Source: Gekko japonicus (lineage: Eukaryota). Taken from it: 64,000 bases of DNA. This document shows, one piece after another, positions 1 to 11,800 of the stretch. A program made the position numbers and the translations under genes. The notes beneath the pieces are model-generated. The model was not told the DNA's origin and made no database searches. It saw nothing but the letters and a program-made list of their open reading frames with translations. Numbering within the stretch: position 1 is the stretch's first letter; each line of letters starts with the position of its first letter. The stretch is taken from contig NW_015172553.1 in assembly GCF_001447785.1 (NCBI RefSeq), forward strand, positions 601,737-665,736, given 5' to 3'.

Positions 1-211
1 ACAACAACAAAAGCGGACAGAGCCTGGCTTACACAAGCAGCTGCCTTTGATTAGATGACAAGGACATAACTTCATCCATGCAGTTTGTCAGTGGTGCCAC
101 TGCCACATCCAAGTGGGGCCTGAAGATTTCCTAGAATTGATCTCCAGACAACAGAGATCAGTTCCCCTGGAGAAAATGGCTGGTTTGGAGGGTAGACCCC
201 AATGGCATTAT

Positions 212-644
212 TGTTGGAGTGAGCATGTCTGACTCTGGACATTTGGGAGCGCTACATCACTCCAAGGGTGAATAGGTGTGATCTCCTCTGCCTCTCTTTG
301 TCTTAGCCTGGGAGCTGCCCTCTGACCCCTCATCACTTCTTGTCCTCGCACTCTCTCTACATGGCCTTCCATGGAGATACGTGTCTCTGCAGGCCTCTCC
401 TGTAGATACAATGTCATACTCCCACACACACAATGCCAGACAAGCTGGCCCTTTGTGATAAGGACTCTTTAGTTTAGATTTCTTTCTCTCCTTTGACTGC
501 AGCTTCAGTGTGAAATGGATCTACTTGAATAAATGTTAAGTTTACCTTTTTTGTAATATACTTCTTGAGAGATTTATTTACTGCACTCAGTATCACACTT
601 TTGTGACTGGGCAAACTTTGCCATATTAACCAAATATCCCAATA
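212..644 (+). mobile_element. Probable solo LTR inserted in a hAT MITE
   Basis: TGTTGG...CCAATA ends, internal AATAAA, 5-bp TSD attat/atgat; MITE sequence resumes on both sides. Confidence 0.6.
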
Positions 645-1119
645 ATGATACCTTGCTGAGGTCCCTCCCCTTCCCCAAACCTCACCATCTCTACACTACA
701 CCCCCAAATCTTCAGGAATGTCACAACTCAGAGTTGGCAACCACCAAGTAATGGCATAACTTCAAAGATAGGCTTGTTGTAGACCAGGGTAGATTTGTTC
801 TTGCTGTTCATCCACTGCTTGATATTTCCATTTCTAGCAACATCTCAGGCCCTGGGGCTACTCCTCTGGATATCTTCATAAACTGTAGACTGGCAACATG
901 CTGGAGTTGGCCACAACATGCATTTGGGGACAGGCAGCAGTAAGGCATCTGTATTGCCTGCACCTGAAGGCTCGGGGAGCGGCCAGTCATTGGCAAGTAC
1001 AGGTAGGGAGCCACTGAACTATAATTGTTCACCATTCCCAGATGCTTCCCTCAAGACACCTGTTTCTGGGGGCAGGTTTCAAAGATGTTGCCCCTTTAGA
1101 CTTAGGTCCACAAAAGTAG

Positions 1120-1350
1120 GGCTGCTTCAGGATCTGGTATTGCTCCTGAATGTCCAAACAACAACAGTAGCCAGGAGTGCCTTTCCCCAGCTCAGGCTGG
1201 TGCACCCACCACATCCTTTCAGGGAAAAGATATGTCTAGGTCATATCCATCCAGACTGGACTACTGCAAAGCAGTCCGCAGTGGGCCTACCTTTGAAGAG
1301 TATGTGTAAATTACAACAAATGCAGAATACAGATGCCGTTGAGGTACAGA
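1120..1350 (+). mobile_element. Degraded L2-clade LINE fragment
   Basis: VARSAFPQLRLV and VGLPLKSMCKLQQMQN resemble [12 protein letters not shown] and [16 protein letters not shown] of the L2 at 32-34 kb. Confidence 0.6.
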
Positions 1351-1797
1351 ACAGATTGCCAGGTTCAACTCAAGGAGCCTTCAGGCTACAAACCTACTAC
1401 ATTGTTTGGAGAGGTGCCTTCCATTCTGTCTGCTAGAGGAAAACCAGCGGCCTGAAGCAAGCATGAGGAGAAGGCTCTTCATTATTTAGCTTCCCCCTCA
1501 CCAGCTACATTTGCGTGGGACAATGACATCGCTCTCCCCTCTATGGCAAACCTACTGATTTTTGTCAGGTAGCTGTGTTTGTCTATTTTTTTTTAGGATA
1601 TCTTTAATAAAATCTCAGACAAGCACCTTATTAGTTTTTAAATCAGAAGCAAACAGGACTATTGCAGAATGAATTAATATCATAATCAGGTGGTAAAGAA
1701 ATGGCCACCTTCTAGGTACAATACTGAAAATGGGCCTTTCAAGCACATGTCTGTCTTCCTCTGTGAAATATTGGATGGAATGTTTACTCCAGAGGGT

Positions 1798-1968
1798 AGG
1801 CGGCCTGGTACAGCCTGGTCTCCTCAGATCTCAGAAGCTAAGCGGGGTTGGTATTTGGAAGGGAGACCGCCAGAGGCAGGCAGTGGCCAACCACCTGTGC
1901 TTCCCACTTGCCTTGAAAACCCCTTGCTGGGGTCAGCATAAATTGGCTGTGACTTGACAGGACTTTAC
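1798..1968 (+). mobile_element. 5S rRNA-derived SINE
   Basis: gatctcagaagctaagcggggt...ttggaagggagaccgcc resembles the 5S internal region, followed by a non-5S body shared with 49392 and 51608. Confidence 0.7.
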
Positions 1969-3004
1969 CCACACAAACACACACACATGCTTACTTGGCA
2001 AAGTGCTATGGACATTGATAGCACTTTGTGTTTCTCTGTGTGTGTTTTATATAATATGTTCTCCACACAATACTCCGGATTATAAATGATGTATTGAATA
2101 TGCCTGTGACTGTAGAAATGAATAATGGAAATTCTAAACACAAATCCTTTTTTTAAAAAAAAATGTGCTTGAGGAGTAACCATATTAATCTGTGGTAGTA
2201 AAAAATAAGCAGGAGTCTTATGGACTAAAGAGTAACAATCTTCTTTCTAGAGCATACTTTTCTGGACTAGAGCCATTTTGTAGTCATAGGACTCCTGCTT
2301 TATCTCTGTTGATGGGTTAAGTTAAAAAAAAAGGAATTGTCCAGCCTTTCAAACAGCATCATTACATATATAGTTGGTTACATTTTTACAATTAATTATA
2401 GCTTCTGAATCATATTAAAAGGGGTGGGGAGCCAAAGTTTCACAAAATACGCCTTGCTTGTGTTTAAGGAAGACTAAGGAGATATTTTTTTCTTGTCAGT
2501 CCTATGCGCCCCTCCCCCGGTGTTCTATATTTCTTCTTGAAAATGTAGTGTGGAAGGACTTATTTTCGCTCTGCTTCTCTTCATGCCTCCCCTAGCAAAT
2601 GCCCACACATCCTTAGGGACACCCCCTTCCATACTTTACTTTTACATTATTTATTGGAGTGGAGGACAGGCAGATGAAGGAAAATGCACCAGTAGTCTTG
2701 CAAACTTTCCCCAGGATTCTCCCCTCTGATTCCTTCAGGTTGCAGAATGATGGGTTCCCTCTTCTACTTCCCCAGAATATCCTGTTTTAGCCCCCTCCCC
2801 CCAACATAACATTAGGACTCAACATAAAAACTTATGACCTGGAAATTCTACCCCCATCCCAAGCACAAATGCCTGAGGCTGACCACTGTGCTTTCGTGGT
2901 GAGGGACAAATGCTTTGCATATCTTTAGAGGGACTCTGTGAAAGCTGCTGTTCTCCCAAGGACAGTGGACAAGCTCCCACCCATGGGATCCAGCAGGAGC
3001 TAAG

Positions 3005-3421
3005 TAGCGTTACCAACTCCAGGTTGGGAAATTCCTGGAGATTTGGGAGGTGGAACCTGGGGAGGTAGGGTTGCCAGCCTCCAGGTGGCGCCTGGGGATC
3101 TCCTGCTTTCACCACTGATCCCCAGCCGACAGAGATCAGCTCCCCTGGAGAAAATGGCTGCTCTGAAGGGTGGACTCTGTGGCATTGTGCCATGCTGAGG
3201 CCCCTCCCCTCCCCAAACCACACCTTCTCCTGGCTCCACCCCCAAAGTCTCCAGGTATTTTCCAACCCAGACTTGGCAACCCTATGGGAAGGGGAAGAAC
3301 CTCACCAGGATATAATGCCATACAATCCACCCTCCAAAGAAGCCATTTTCTCCAGAGAATTGATCTTTGTAGTTTATAGTAATTCCAGATCTCCAGGCCC
3401 CACCTGAAGGTTGGCAACCTT
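3005..3421. mobile_element. Nested copies of a ~210-bp hAT-type MITE (TAGGGTTGCCA termini)
   Basis: A reverse copy (about 3066-3284) sits inside a forward copy; same family at about 3615, 14067, 16855, 18439, 24280, 43168, 48760, 56050, 58279, 63837. Confidence 0.8.
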
Positions 3422-4051
3422 AGAACAAGGGAAGGGAGCAGGGAGTGATCTTGCATGATGCTGCAACATCACTTACAGTTTGTGCCAAGAAATGATGACA
3501 TGACACTCTAGGAATTCACACATCTCTATGGCTCTCGCCAAACTAAATAGAACAAGAGCAGCCATGTCTACTTATACAATAAAAGTTGTACACAGTGAAC
3601 CTCTCCTCCCACACTAGAGTTGCCCACTTCCTGGTGGTGACTGGAGATCTCCCACTAACACAACTGATCTCTAGGAAATAGAGATAAGTTCACCTGGAGA
3701 AAATGGACACTTTGGTAGGTGGATTCTATGGCACTGAGTCCCTCCCCAAACACCACCCTCCTCAGGCCACACCCCCAAAACGTCAGGTATTTCCCAACCC
3801 GGAGCTGGCAACCCTATCCCCATCTTGCTTCTTTTCATTCCATGGCTTCAGGTACTTTTCTCCCAGGCCAAATCTACTTCCACACACCCTCCCTGGGCAA
3901 CAATCTGTGTGATAACTAGGTCTTACGTTTCGGGAAACTAGAACTAGCAATAATTCAGGTAGATTCTCAGACTTAAATTTTGACTTGATAAAATCACAGT
4001 CAGGTGACCATACCTCAGCAATTTCAGAGGCTAACAATTCAGAGGAATTCA

Positions 4052-4252
4052 GAGAAGACCCTGATGCGGGGAAAGATTGAAGGTCAAAGAAGAAGGGGAC
4101 AGCAAAGGATGAGATGGTTAGACAGTGTTGTTGAGGCAACGAACACGAAATTAAGAAAACTCTGGAGGATGGTGGAGGACGGGAGGGCCTGGCGTAATGT
4201 GGTCCATGGGGTTGCAAAGAGTAGGACTCGACTGTGCGACTGAACAACAACA
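4052..4252 (+). mobile_element. RTE-BovB LINE 3' fragment
   Basis: [26 protein letters not shown]...[11 protein letters not shown], (CAA)n tail. Confidence 0.92.
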
Positions 4253-5065
4253 ATTTTAGATGTAATCATTTTTTAAAGGTATCTTCAGAGACCAGACTCT
4301 GGCTTCCTACTTGTTGCACATCAGGACAGTTGGCCAGAGAAGGAAATTGCAGGAGTTACTAGTCAGCTAGCACACAACATTCTCAATCCATGTCAATAAT
4401 ATTGTCTTCCTTTTATATACCTAATACCACCAACACACTAGCCCTGTTTGCATATTACAGTAGCCCTGTTCATGTTACAGTGAACGAATGTACATCCTTC
4501 CTGTATGTGCATACTTCTGTTTGTCAGAAAGAGCCAACATTTGTTCACTTTGGACCAGTACCCGAACCGCATGCATTGAATGCAACATGGGAATTACTCA
4601 ACACATGTATATTGAAAAAGCAAGCCTATCCTGTACAGATTGCACATGCATTCACTTTAACTTGTGAACAAGGTTACCAATAGTACACTTCTGTTCTGCA
4701 ATCTGAGCAAAATATTACTGAAGGAAACCACTGGAATGCTTCCATATACCTCCCTGGCCTGCTCACCTGCCCTCTGCACGTGGTCCTTGTCTGCTTGTCC
4801 TTGTCCTGCCTTCCTGTATCCATTCTCTCATCTTACTGAGGGCCAAACAACATGATATCTTTTGGAGCAAGTTGGGTCCAGGCTGAGGTGAGTCTGGAAT
4901 AGTTGGAGTGCCCCTGCATAGGTACAAGGGTTCCCCCACACCCAGTTCCTGTTTCCCACCATCACTGCTGCAGCTAGCGGGAGAAAGTAATCTTTAAAAA
5001 ATCACCATCGGGTAACAGCATGGCATCACTTCCCAACAAAATGTGCAAGTGACACCAGTTCTCTC

Positions 5066-5251
5066 TAGGAATTGCTGGAAACTCTACAGCTTTACAGTGG
5101 ACTTTCTGGCAATTACTAGGGAGGACTGACAATGCCTCCAGGTTTCCCCCAGAAGTGATAGGAATTGCTGGAAACTCTACAGCTTTACAGTGGACTTTCT
5201 GGCAATTACTAGGGAGGACTGACAATGCCTCCAGGTTTCCCCCAGAAGTGA
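5066..5251. repeat. 93-bp tandem duplication
   Basis: taggaattgctggaaactctacag...cccagaagtga repeated at 5066 and 5159. Confidence 0.95.
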
Positions 5252-6750
5252 CAGCATGCTGTTGCCAACTGTGCCGCCTCCCCCCCCCCCATGCCAGTCT
5301 TTGGCTGCCATGTCTGGCAACCCTACTCCACATCCAGCTCCAAAGCTGGGCAAATAACTCCCGGATGGGGCCATTTCAGCTCAGGGAAATGGCAAGGAGG
5401 GAGAGAGGAGCCCTTTCTCCCCCACACCGCAGTCCTGAACCACGCTGGGCTCCTGACATTTTCTAAAATGATCTTCCCTGCAGGTGCTGTATGACTATGG
5501 GGAAAGCATGTTAGGTCCAGGAAAGTCGACAAACTAACATTTTGCCTAACTACCTGCCAGTTTTGCCACAATCACCAGATGTTCCTTACCACTGGCAGAA
5601 CCTGGTCCTGCAAAGACCTAGATGGCAAGAGTTTGGTAGAAATTATGGTTGTAAGAGTTCAGAACGGTGAATGATACTGGAGTGAGATCCCAATATACCT
5701 ATTTCATTTAAGATACTCCAGGGCTGAATCCCAGCAAGTCCTGGCTTCTGCCTGCCTTCCATTTCTCTTGAGACTCTTTGGTTTAGAGCCTGCCAACTTT
5801 GATTAAAAGGAGCTGAGCAAAGGTAAACTGGCTGTCCATTTAAATAAGTCAAGCTGGGATAGAATCTACAGTCTAAGTCAGCCCACCCTTCACATCCATT
5901 AACCAAGCTGCAATGGCAGAACTGTCAGTCATCCATGCCTGCAGGACCAGAAATCACCCCCCCCCTTTTTGTATGTGTTTCTCCTTGATCCAGATAGAAG
6001 TGAGAAGCAAGACTGATACAGGAACTGAGCAACATTTTTGAAAGGTGTAAAGAAGATATGGAGGCTGCTGCTAAAATCACCTATTTTAGTTGCATTGTCA
6101 TTGAACTGCATATAATCAGTGTGCATCAGTTCCACTATCATAATAGATGTCAGACTGCAGCTGATGGTCCTTGCTCATATTCTGCTGGGTAATCCTTCTA
6201 AGATGTGAACAAACCTTCTTTAGGCTTTCAAAAATCTGAAACTGGGCTTAGAAATCAAGAAATGAAATCACTTCCAGGTGATGTTAGAAGATCCTGGGAA
6301 GGGCCCAAGACTCCCCCACTCAGCAAAAAATAGGACCTGGCAACCCTATTTGGAACAGAGAAATGGGGGGGAGGTTACTTAATAAGCCCCCTCTTCCTCA
6401 CCTCACCACTGCTTCTCTGCTCTCAATTGTACATTCCCAAGCAGTTTTTCCTATAAAACAAATGTTGTCAGGATACCACTTACACAGATTTTCATTTAAA
6501 TGTGTACTTTGGTTTGCAGATATTCTGACAGAAAACCCCTAAATTGGAACTGTGTTGATGTGACCTAACAGCCAGCATGCACAACATCACATATTAAACC
6601 TGCTCCTGGACTACACCACTTCAGGCTGCAGGTGTTTCAATGCCCCCCCAAATTAAAAACAAAACTTCCTGCACAGAGAAAACCAGATTCAGGGAGGTGA
6701 ATTCCAGCCTAAATGTTTCCCTGACAAGCTCGTTTTCTATATGCATAGAT

Positions 6751-6756
6751 TTTATT
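6751..6756 (-). terminator. Candidate polyadenylation signal of LGI3
   Basis: AATAAA on the minus strand about 1.27 kb past the stop codon; no transcript evidence. Confidence 0.35.
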
Positions 6757-7766
6757 GTTCTTGATGGATCATACAAAACTAGTCCCCTCCCACATGCCAC
6801 CTGATGTAGTACAGACCTATTGAGCAAAGGGTATGTACAAAATTGGTTTGTATGACTTTCACAGCTGACCCTAAAAAGTGTATCAAAGCATCTTTTGTAA
6901 TGCAATTTGTGCCACATGTTCATGTTGTTTAGTGGAGGAGAAACTGAACATAAATTCAAACCAATGTAGGTTTTACATGCACATTATAGACTGATTTAGG
7001 TACATGAAGATGTTTTAATTTGAATATGAACACACTGGATGTTAAATGTAAAGTTTGGCACTGAAAGGATGAATTTTTCAAGCCATCCTGTGGTGACATA
7101 GAAATGCTCAGAAAAATTTCCAGTCATAAGCCGATAACCCAGAGGTCATTTCGGGGGGGAACGCGTGGGAACGCAGTTCCCCCGGGTGAGGTACGGGGGG
7201 CGGGGCACATGACGAAGCCTGCTTCTGGCCGCCCCGCTTCTGGCCCTCATTCAGCCAGGAGGAGGCAGGAGAAGAGGGAGGGTAAGTTGCTTCCTCCCTG
7301 CCTAAATATTGCAATGAGCTTTTGGTGTGCAATTGGGTGTGCATAGCTGTTCCAGTGCCCAAAACAGGGCACCAAGACTGGAGTTTCAGCCAAGAAAAAA
7401 TACAGCACTTGTTCAAATATCAGATTCTCATAAACAAATCCCAAATAGTTCATGGGAGATCATGACACATATTTTGGACTTTTCTTCCTGATGAGGTACA
7501 GCCCCTTTTGTGTGTGGTAGGCGACTCTCCTATGCTCTCACTGACACTGAAAGAAATTTGGAGAGGGGAATGGTCATGTAAATTCTCAGATTTCAAATCT
7601 GGCATCTTAAAAACCTGCATTTCCAATTTTGAAAATCCCCTAGAAATTGTATTAATGGAAAATTTTGTCCCAGCTACATTTTAGAATTTTTTAGGGGGAG
7701 GGGACATGGACATGGAGTTACAAACTCTGTGAGTGTGTTGTTGCATAAGCATTCAAGTCAACAGAG

Positions 7767-7768
<2 letters not shown>

Positions 7769-7797
<29 letters not shown>
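7769..7797. repeat. (GT)n microsatellite in the putative LGI3 3' UTR
   Basis: Directly visible. Confidence 0.95.
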
Positions 7798-7799
<2 letters not shown>

Positions 7800-8023
7800 G
7801 GGTCACTTTCATACTTGGTAGAAGCCTGTGCATCACAGAGGGCATTGGTTTACTCACGCCAAAGTGAGAAGCATATATAGGGGAAGGTATTCAAAGGACT
7901 GTGAGGAAGCAGCTTTGCTCAGAGTGATTATAGTGCTCTGATGCCCTTCAGCAGAGGGGCACCTCATCTGGCATAATGTCTTTGTGTGTGTGTTTATAGG
8001 GGGAGGACAGTTATCCACCCACC

Positions 8024-8841
8024 CTACAAGCTGAGGTCCACAACAATATGCTTGTAGACCAATGTGTTTCCTTTGAAGCTGGGTGCTAGCAGGATATCCA
8101 TGCCCTCCAAGGGAATTGGATGGAATGCTCGTGGAGCTTGGACAGAGAGTTCCTGGAACTTGACAAACTTCTGCTTCTCTTCATCCCAAAGGTAGATATG
8201 GGTAAAGGAGAAGTCACTGCCCAGGGCCAAGTACTGGTGCCGAGAGACTCGAAAAGGCTCCATGACCATGGAACCTCGGGAGGGCAAGGTCTGCAGCTCT
8301 GTGAACCGCAGTCCCTCCCATTTGACCACCTTGGAGTCACCAATATAGCGGCTCAGGCACAAATAGTTGTCCCTCTTGATATAGAAATGCTTGACCATCT
8401 GTACATCCATCACTTCTGCTACATCGCCCAGGTGGACAAACTGCTTCTGCGAGCGGTTCCACTGGTAGATAATGGGCACCTGGGAGCTGCTGGAGATGAT
8501 GAGGCGGGGCTTGCCGTCTATTTCCACATACTCCACATCAGTGTCTCGGTGCCAGGAGTGAAGGTCCTGTTGGGAATAGAAGCCATTCTGGTTCCAGCGA
8601 TAGAGGCTGGTGGAGCCAGCTTTGGAGCTATCAGCAATTACAAAGAACCATTCGCCCTCAATCTGGAAGGCCTCGATGTCATTGGGCTTTCGGATCTTCT
8701 GGCTGTCAATGTCTTGGATCTTGATGAACTTGTCAATGTTGGTGTCCCAGCGGTAGATATAGGAGCCACCAAAGAGCTGGGCTACCACAACATACAGCTG
8801 CGACTCTGCCACAATCGGCTTGCAGTAGACGGCTGAGTGAG
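8024..8841 (-). CDS. LGI3: LGI3 exon 8 (EPTP/EAR propeller, stop)
   Basis: 818 nt, AHSAVYCKP...[12 protein letters not shown], acceptor cag at 8844-8842. Confidence 0.96.
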
Positions 8842-11800
8842 CTGTCATGGAGAAATTGAGAAGAGTCAACAGACGCAAGAAAATTGGCCTGAATTTAGCA
8901 GTATTATAACTTAGGCAGGTACACTTTATGACAATCTGGATGGCTACAGACATCCAGTTCAGGCTTTCTCTTGTAAAGCATGTCACCAGCTTTTATTTAT
9001 TTTAGGCACAAAAATGGAGCCTTGGAATCTATTTTGAATAGAAGAGATGAGTCCTGGAAAGTTTGTAATGAAAGACTGTAATGAAATACAGTTTCTTTGT
9101 ATGTTGGCCAATGGGGAGAGGCGAGTAAACTAATGCCTCCAGAAGAAGAAGAAGAGAGAAGAGATCTGGCCAATGGGGAGAAGCGAGCAAACGAATGCCT
9201 CCAGGATAAATTACCATCAGTCAGTGCAAAACAGCAAGGACCTAATATCATCACAAATCTAACAGACAATTATGGGCCTCCAGGCAGATCAAAAATACAC
9301 AGAGGCCACCCCAGGATAACCTTCAGGGCTGCAGTTTGTCCACATAGGTGACATGATTCATAGATTGCTATGCTAGCCACAAGGCTGGTGCACCAACTCT
9401 TTAACTCTTGTATTTTAAAGAAAGATATCCACTTTGCCTAGAGCAAGCACTATCTCAGCCCCACCCCCTATACTTTCCATCTGCCTTCAGTGGAGCCATC
9501 AGTGGCTGTAGAGGCAGCAGCCAGGCATCCTTCCTTCTACCCGATCCTTAACTGCGCTGTATTTCCCAGTCCCTCCTCTTCATGGCATTGATCCTGAAGC
9601 TTCACTCCACTATAGAGAAGGGAAAGATTTTTCTATTATCTACCACCCCCACTCCATCTTTACCTGGGATGCTGTCAAAGTCACGCAGCTTGCGCTCAAC
9701 GTAGTCCCATTTAAGGATGGTACAACTGCTGGAGCTTGGCTGGGCCAAAGCCACGTAGAGGTCGCTAGCATAGACAAAGGGCTCAGCAGACACAGACTGG
9801 AAGGGCAGTACCTGGTGCACCACAAAGTCTGATAAGGGAAAGATGCCAAGAAACAAAATGAAGTCATGCATCCTAATAAGCCAATGGCTTTCTCGTCCCT
9901 CAGAATCACCCCCAGACTGTAGCTTAAAGGATGGCTGTCCACACTAAAGCTGAACCTGTCCTTGTGGTCAAATCACTTCAGCTGTGTTTTATAACATGTT
10001 CAATTAAGTTGGACAGAGGCCAATATAACCATTCAAGCCATGTAGTGCCAATCAACTCGCCAACGATACAATGGGCTGCTTTTTCTACCTCGGAGATATT
10101 GTGATGGGAAACATTTCAGCTGCTGAATTCCTTTCTATTTCAAAGATGCTAAAGACTGCCAGGAAAAGCTGGTAAACCTGACCTCTTACTCAGAAGCCCT
10201 TTTTTAAAAAATGCCTGTACATTTTTCAAATGCCTCTTCAAACACATGTGGACTTTTTCGAGAAAGAAAGAAATGCCCACCAAATCTAAATATTTTCCCG
10301 TTTCTTATCCTGCTCTATCATTTCTGCTTCTCTCCATCCATTTGCTCCATAGTCTACACGCATTCTGGCTGTCCCAACCTGTAGTGATGCAATCAAAATC
10401 TTTGAGTGGCAGGTCCCGGATCTTTTGCCCTTGGTACTGAGGGGGGCTGCCACAGAAGACGGCGGGTACAGTGGTGTTGGAGCTTTCCAGCCACTCCACT
10501 AACCACTTGATTTTGCAATCACAGGTCAAGGAATTGCCTCGGAGATCTCTGTTGGGGAGAGACAATTCAAGAACAGTCACTGGAGGATCACGAATGCTTC
10601 CCTTCCGTTCTAAAGAAAAAGGTTGTACAGTCTCTGAGTATTCCCCAAATATAGAAGCAGGCCTTTAACCTCTGGCAGAAGAGGACTGGAAAATCTGAAC
10701 TGGCCATTTGTATGTCACTGGCAAATCAACTGTATTTTGAGTGCACGGCCACACCCGGGTTGGGTTGAGGCTGAGATGTGCTGATGATTTGATGTCACCT
10801 GTTCCCAGGCAGAGGATATAGCAATGGTGATGATTCATTAACCTGCACAGCTCTAAATGAATTCTCTTGTTGTTCCTTGACAGACTGGTCCTACAGCACA
10901 CACATGGGCAGGAGTCTCTCTCTGACTGCTCTGGGAAATTAACTTGTTACCAATAACTCTGCATCACAAGTGCTAGGAGAATAGAAGGATCACCGCAATC
11001 TGGTGAGCTTTGCATAACCTCCCCACACATACACAAAATGATACTGTTCTTTCCTTTTCAGTTTTTTGGACAACTTATTTCAAGTCAGTGATCTTGCTTA
11101 ATATCCTTGCATGCATATCACAGAGAAAAAGACAAACGTAAATCCACTCATGTCACAGTATATAGTATGTACATCTGTTTAGCAGATACCTGAATTATAA
11201 CGTGGGATACAATCCAGTCCAAAGTTAAGCACTTTCATTGCTTTGAACCACAACATTAGCCATGAAATTAATTCATCAGCCATTGAGATTAATCATTCCA
11301 TTTATTAATTTATTATTCCATTTGTTTTCTCTTGGTTCATCCCCCTTGGTTTACCCTCCTGTTTTCCCCAGGCCCTTGCATTGCATTACTTAGACTGCAA
11401 AACTCTATTTTTTGGTAAAATTGCATAATTTGCCCTGAGTCTCGGGAGCAAAGCACACTACAGCTGTGGAAGATGAAGCTTATCTGGAAGTGGTCTTCCC
11501 ATTCTAAAGGTAAATTACTACTAACAAGGTGAGGGGAACCTTACAGATCACTTAGGATGTCCAAAGGCTTCAAGAGGTCTCTAGGCAGCGTCTGCAGATT
11601 GTTGTGGGCCAAAGATCTGAAAGAAAGAAAGGAGAGCAGGGTTGAGCTGAATGCTTGCCCATTTACATTTTCAGGGTGAAAGTTGTGCTTTGTGGCACAG
11701 GAGGCAGAAATACTCTCCAACCCCCCCAAAAAGGTGCAGACATTCACCATTTCCCAAAGCTGTTTGTGGCCATCCTCTCCCCTATTTATTGCTGTTGCTG

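Noticed and set aside
1798-1880. 5S rRNA gene
   Set aside because: Diverged, partial and fused to a SINE body found at other sites
8120-8836. 238-aa plus-strand ORF
   Set aside because: Antisense shadow of LGI3 exon 8; no recognisable protein features
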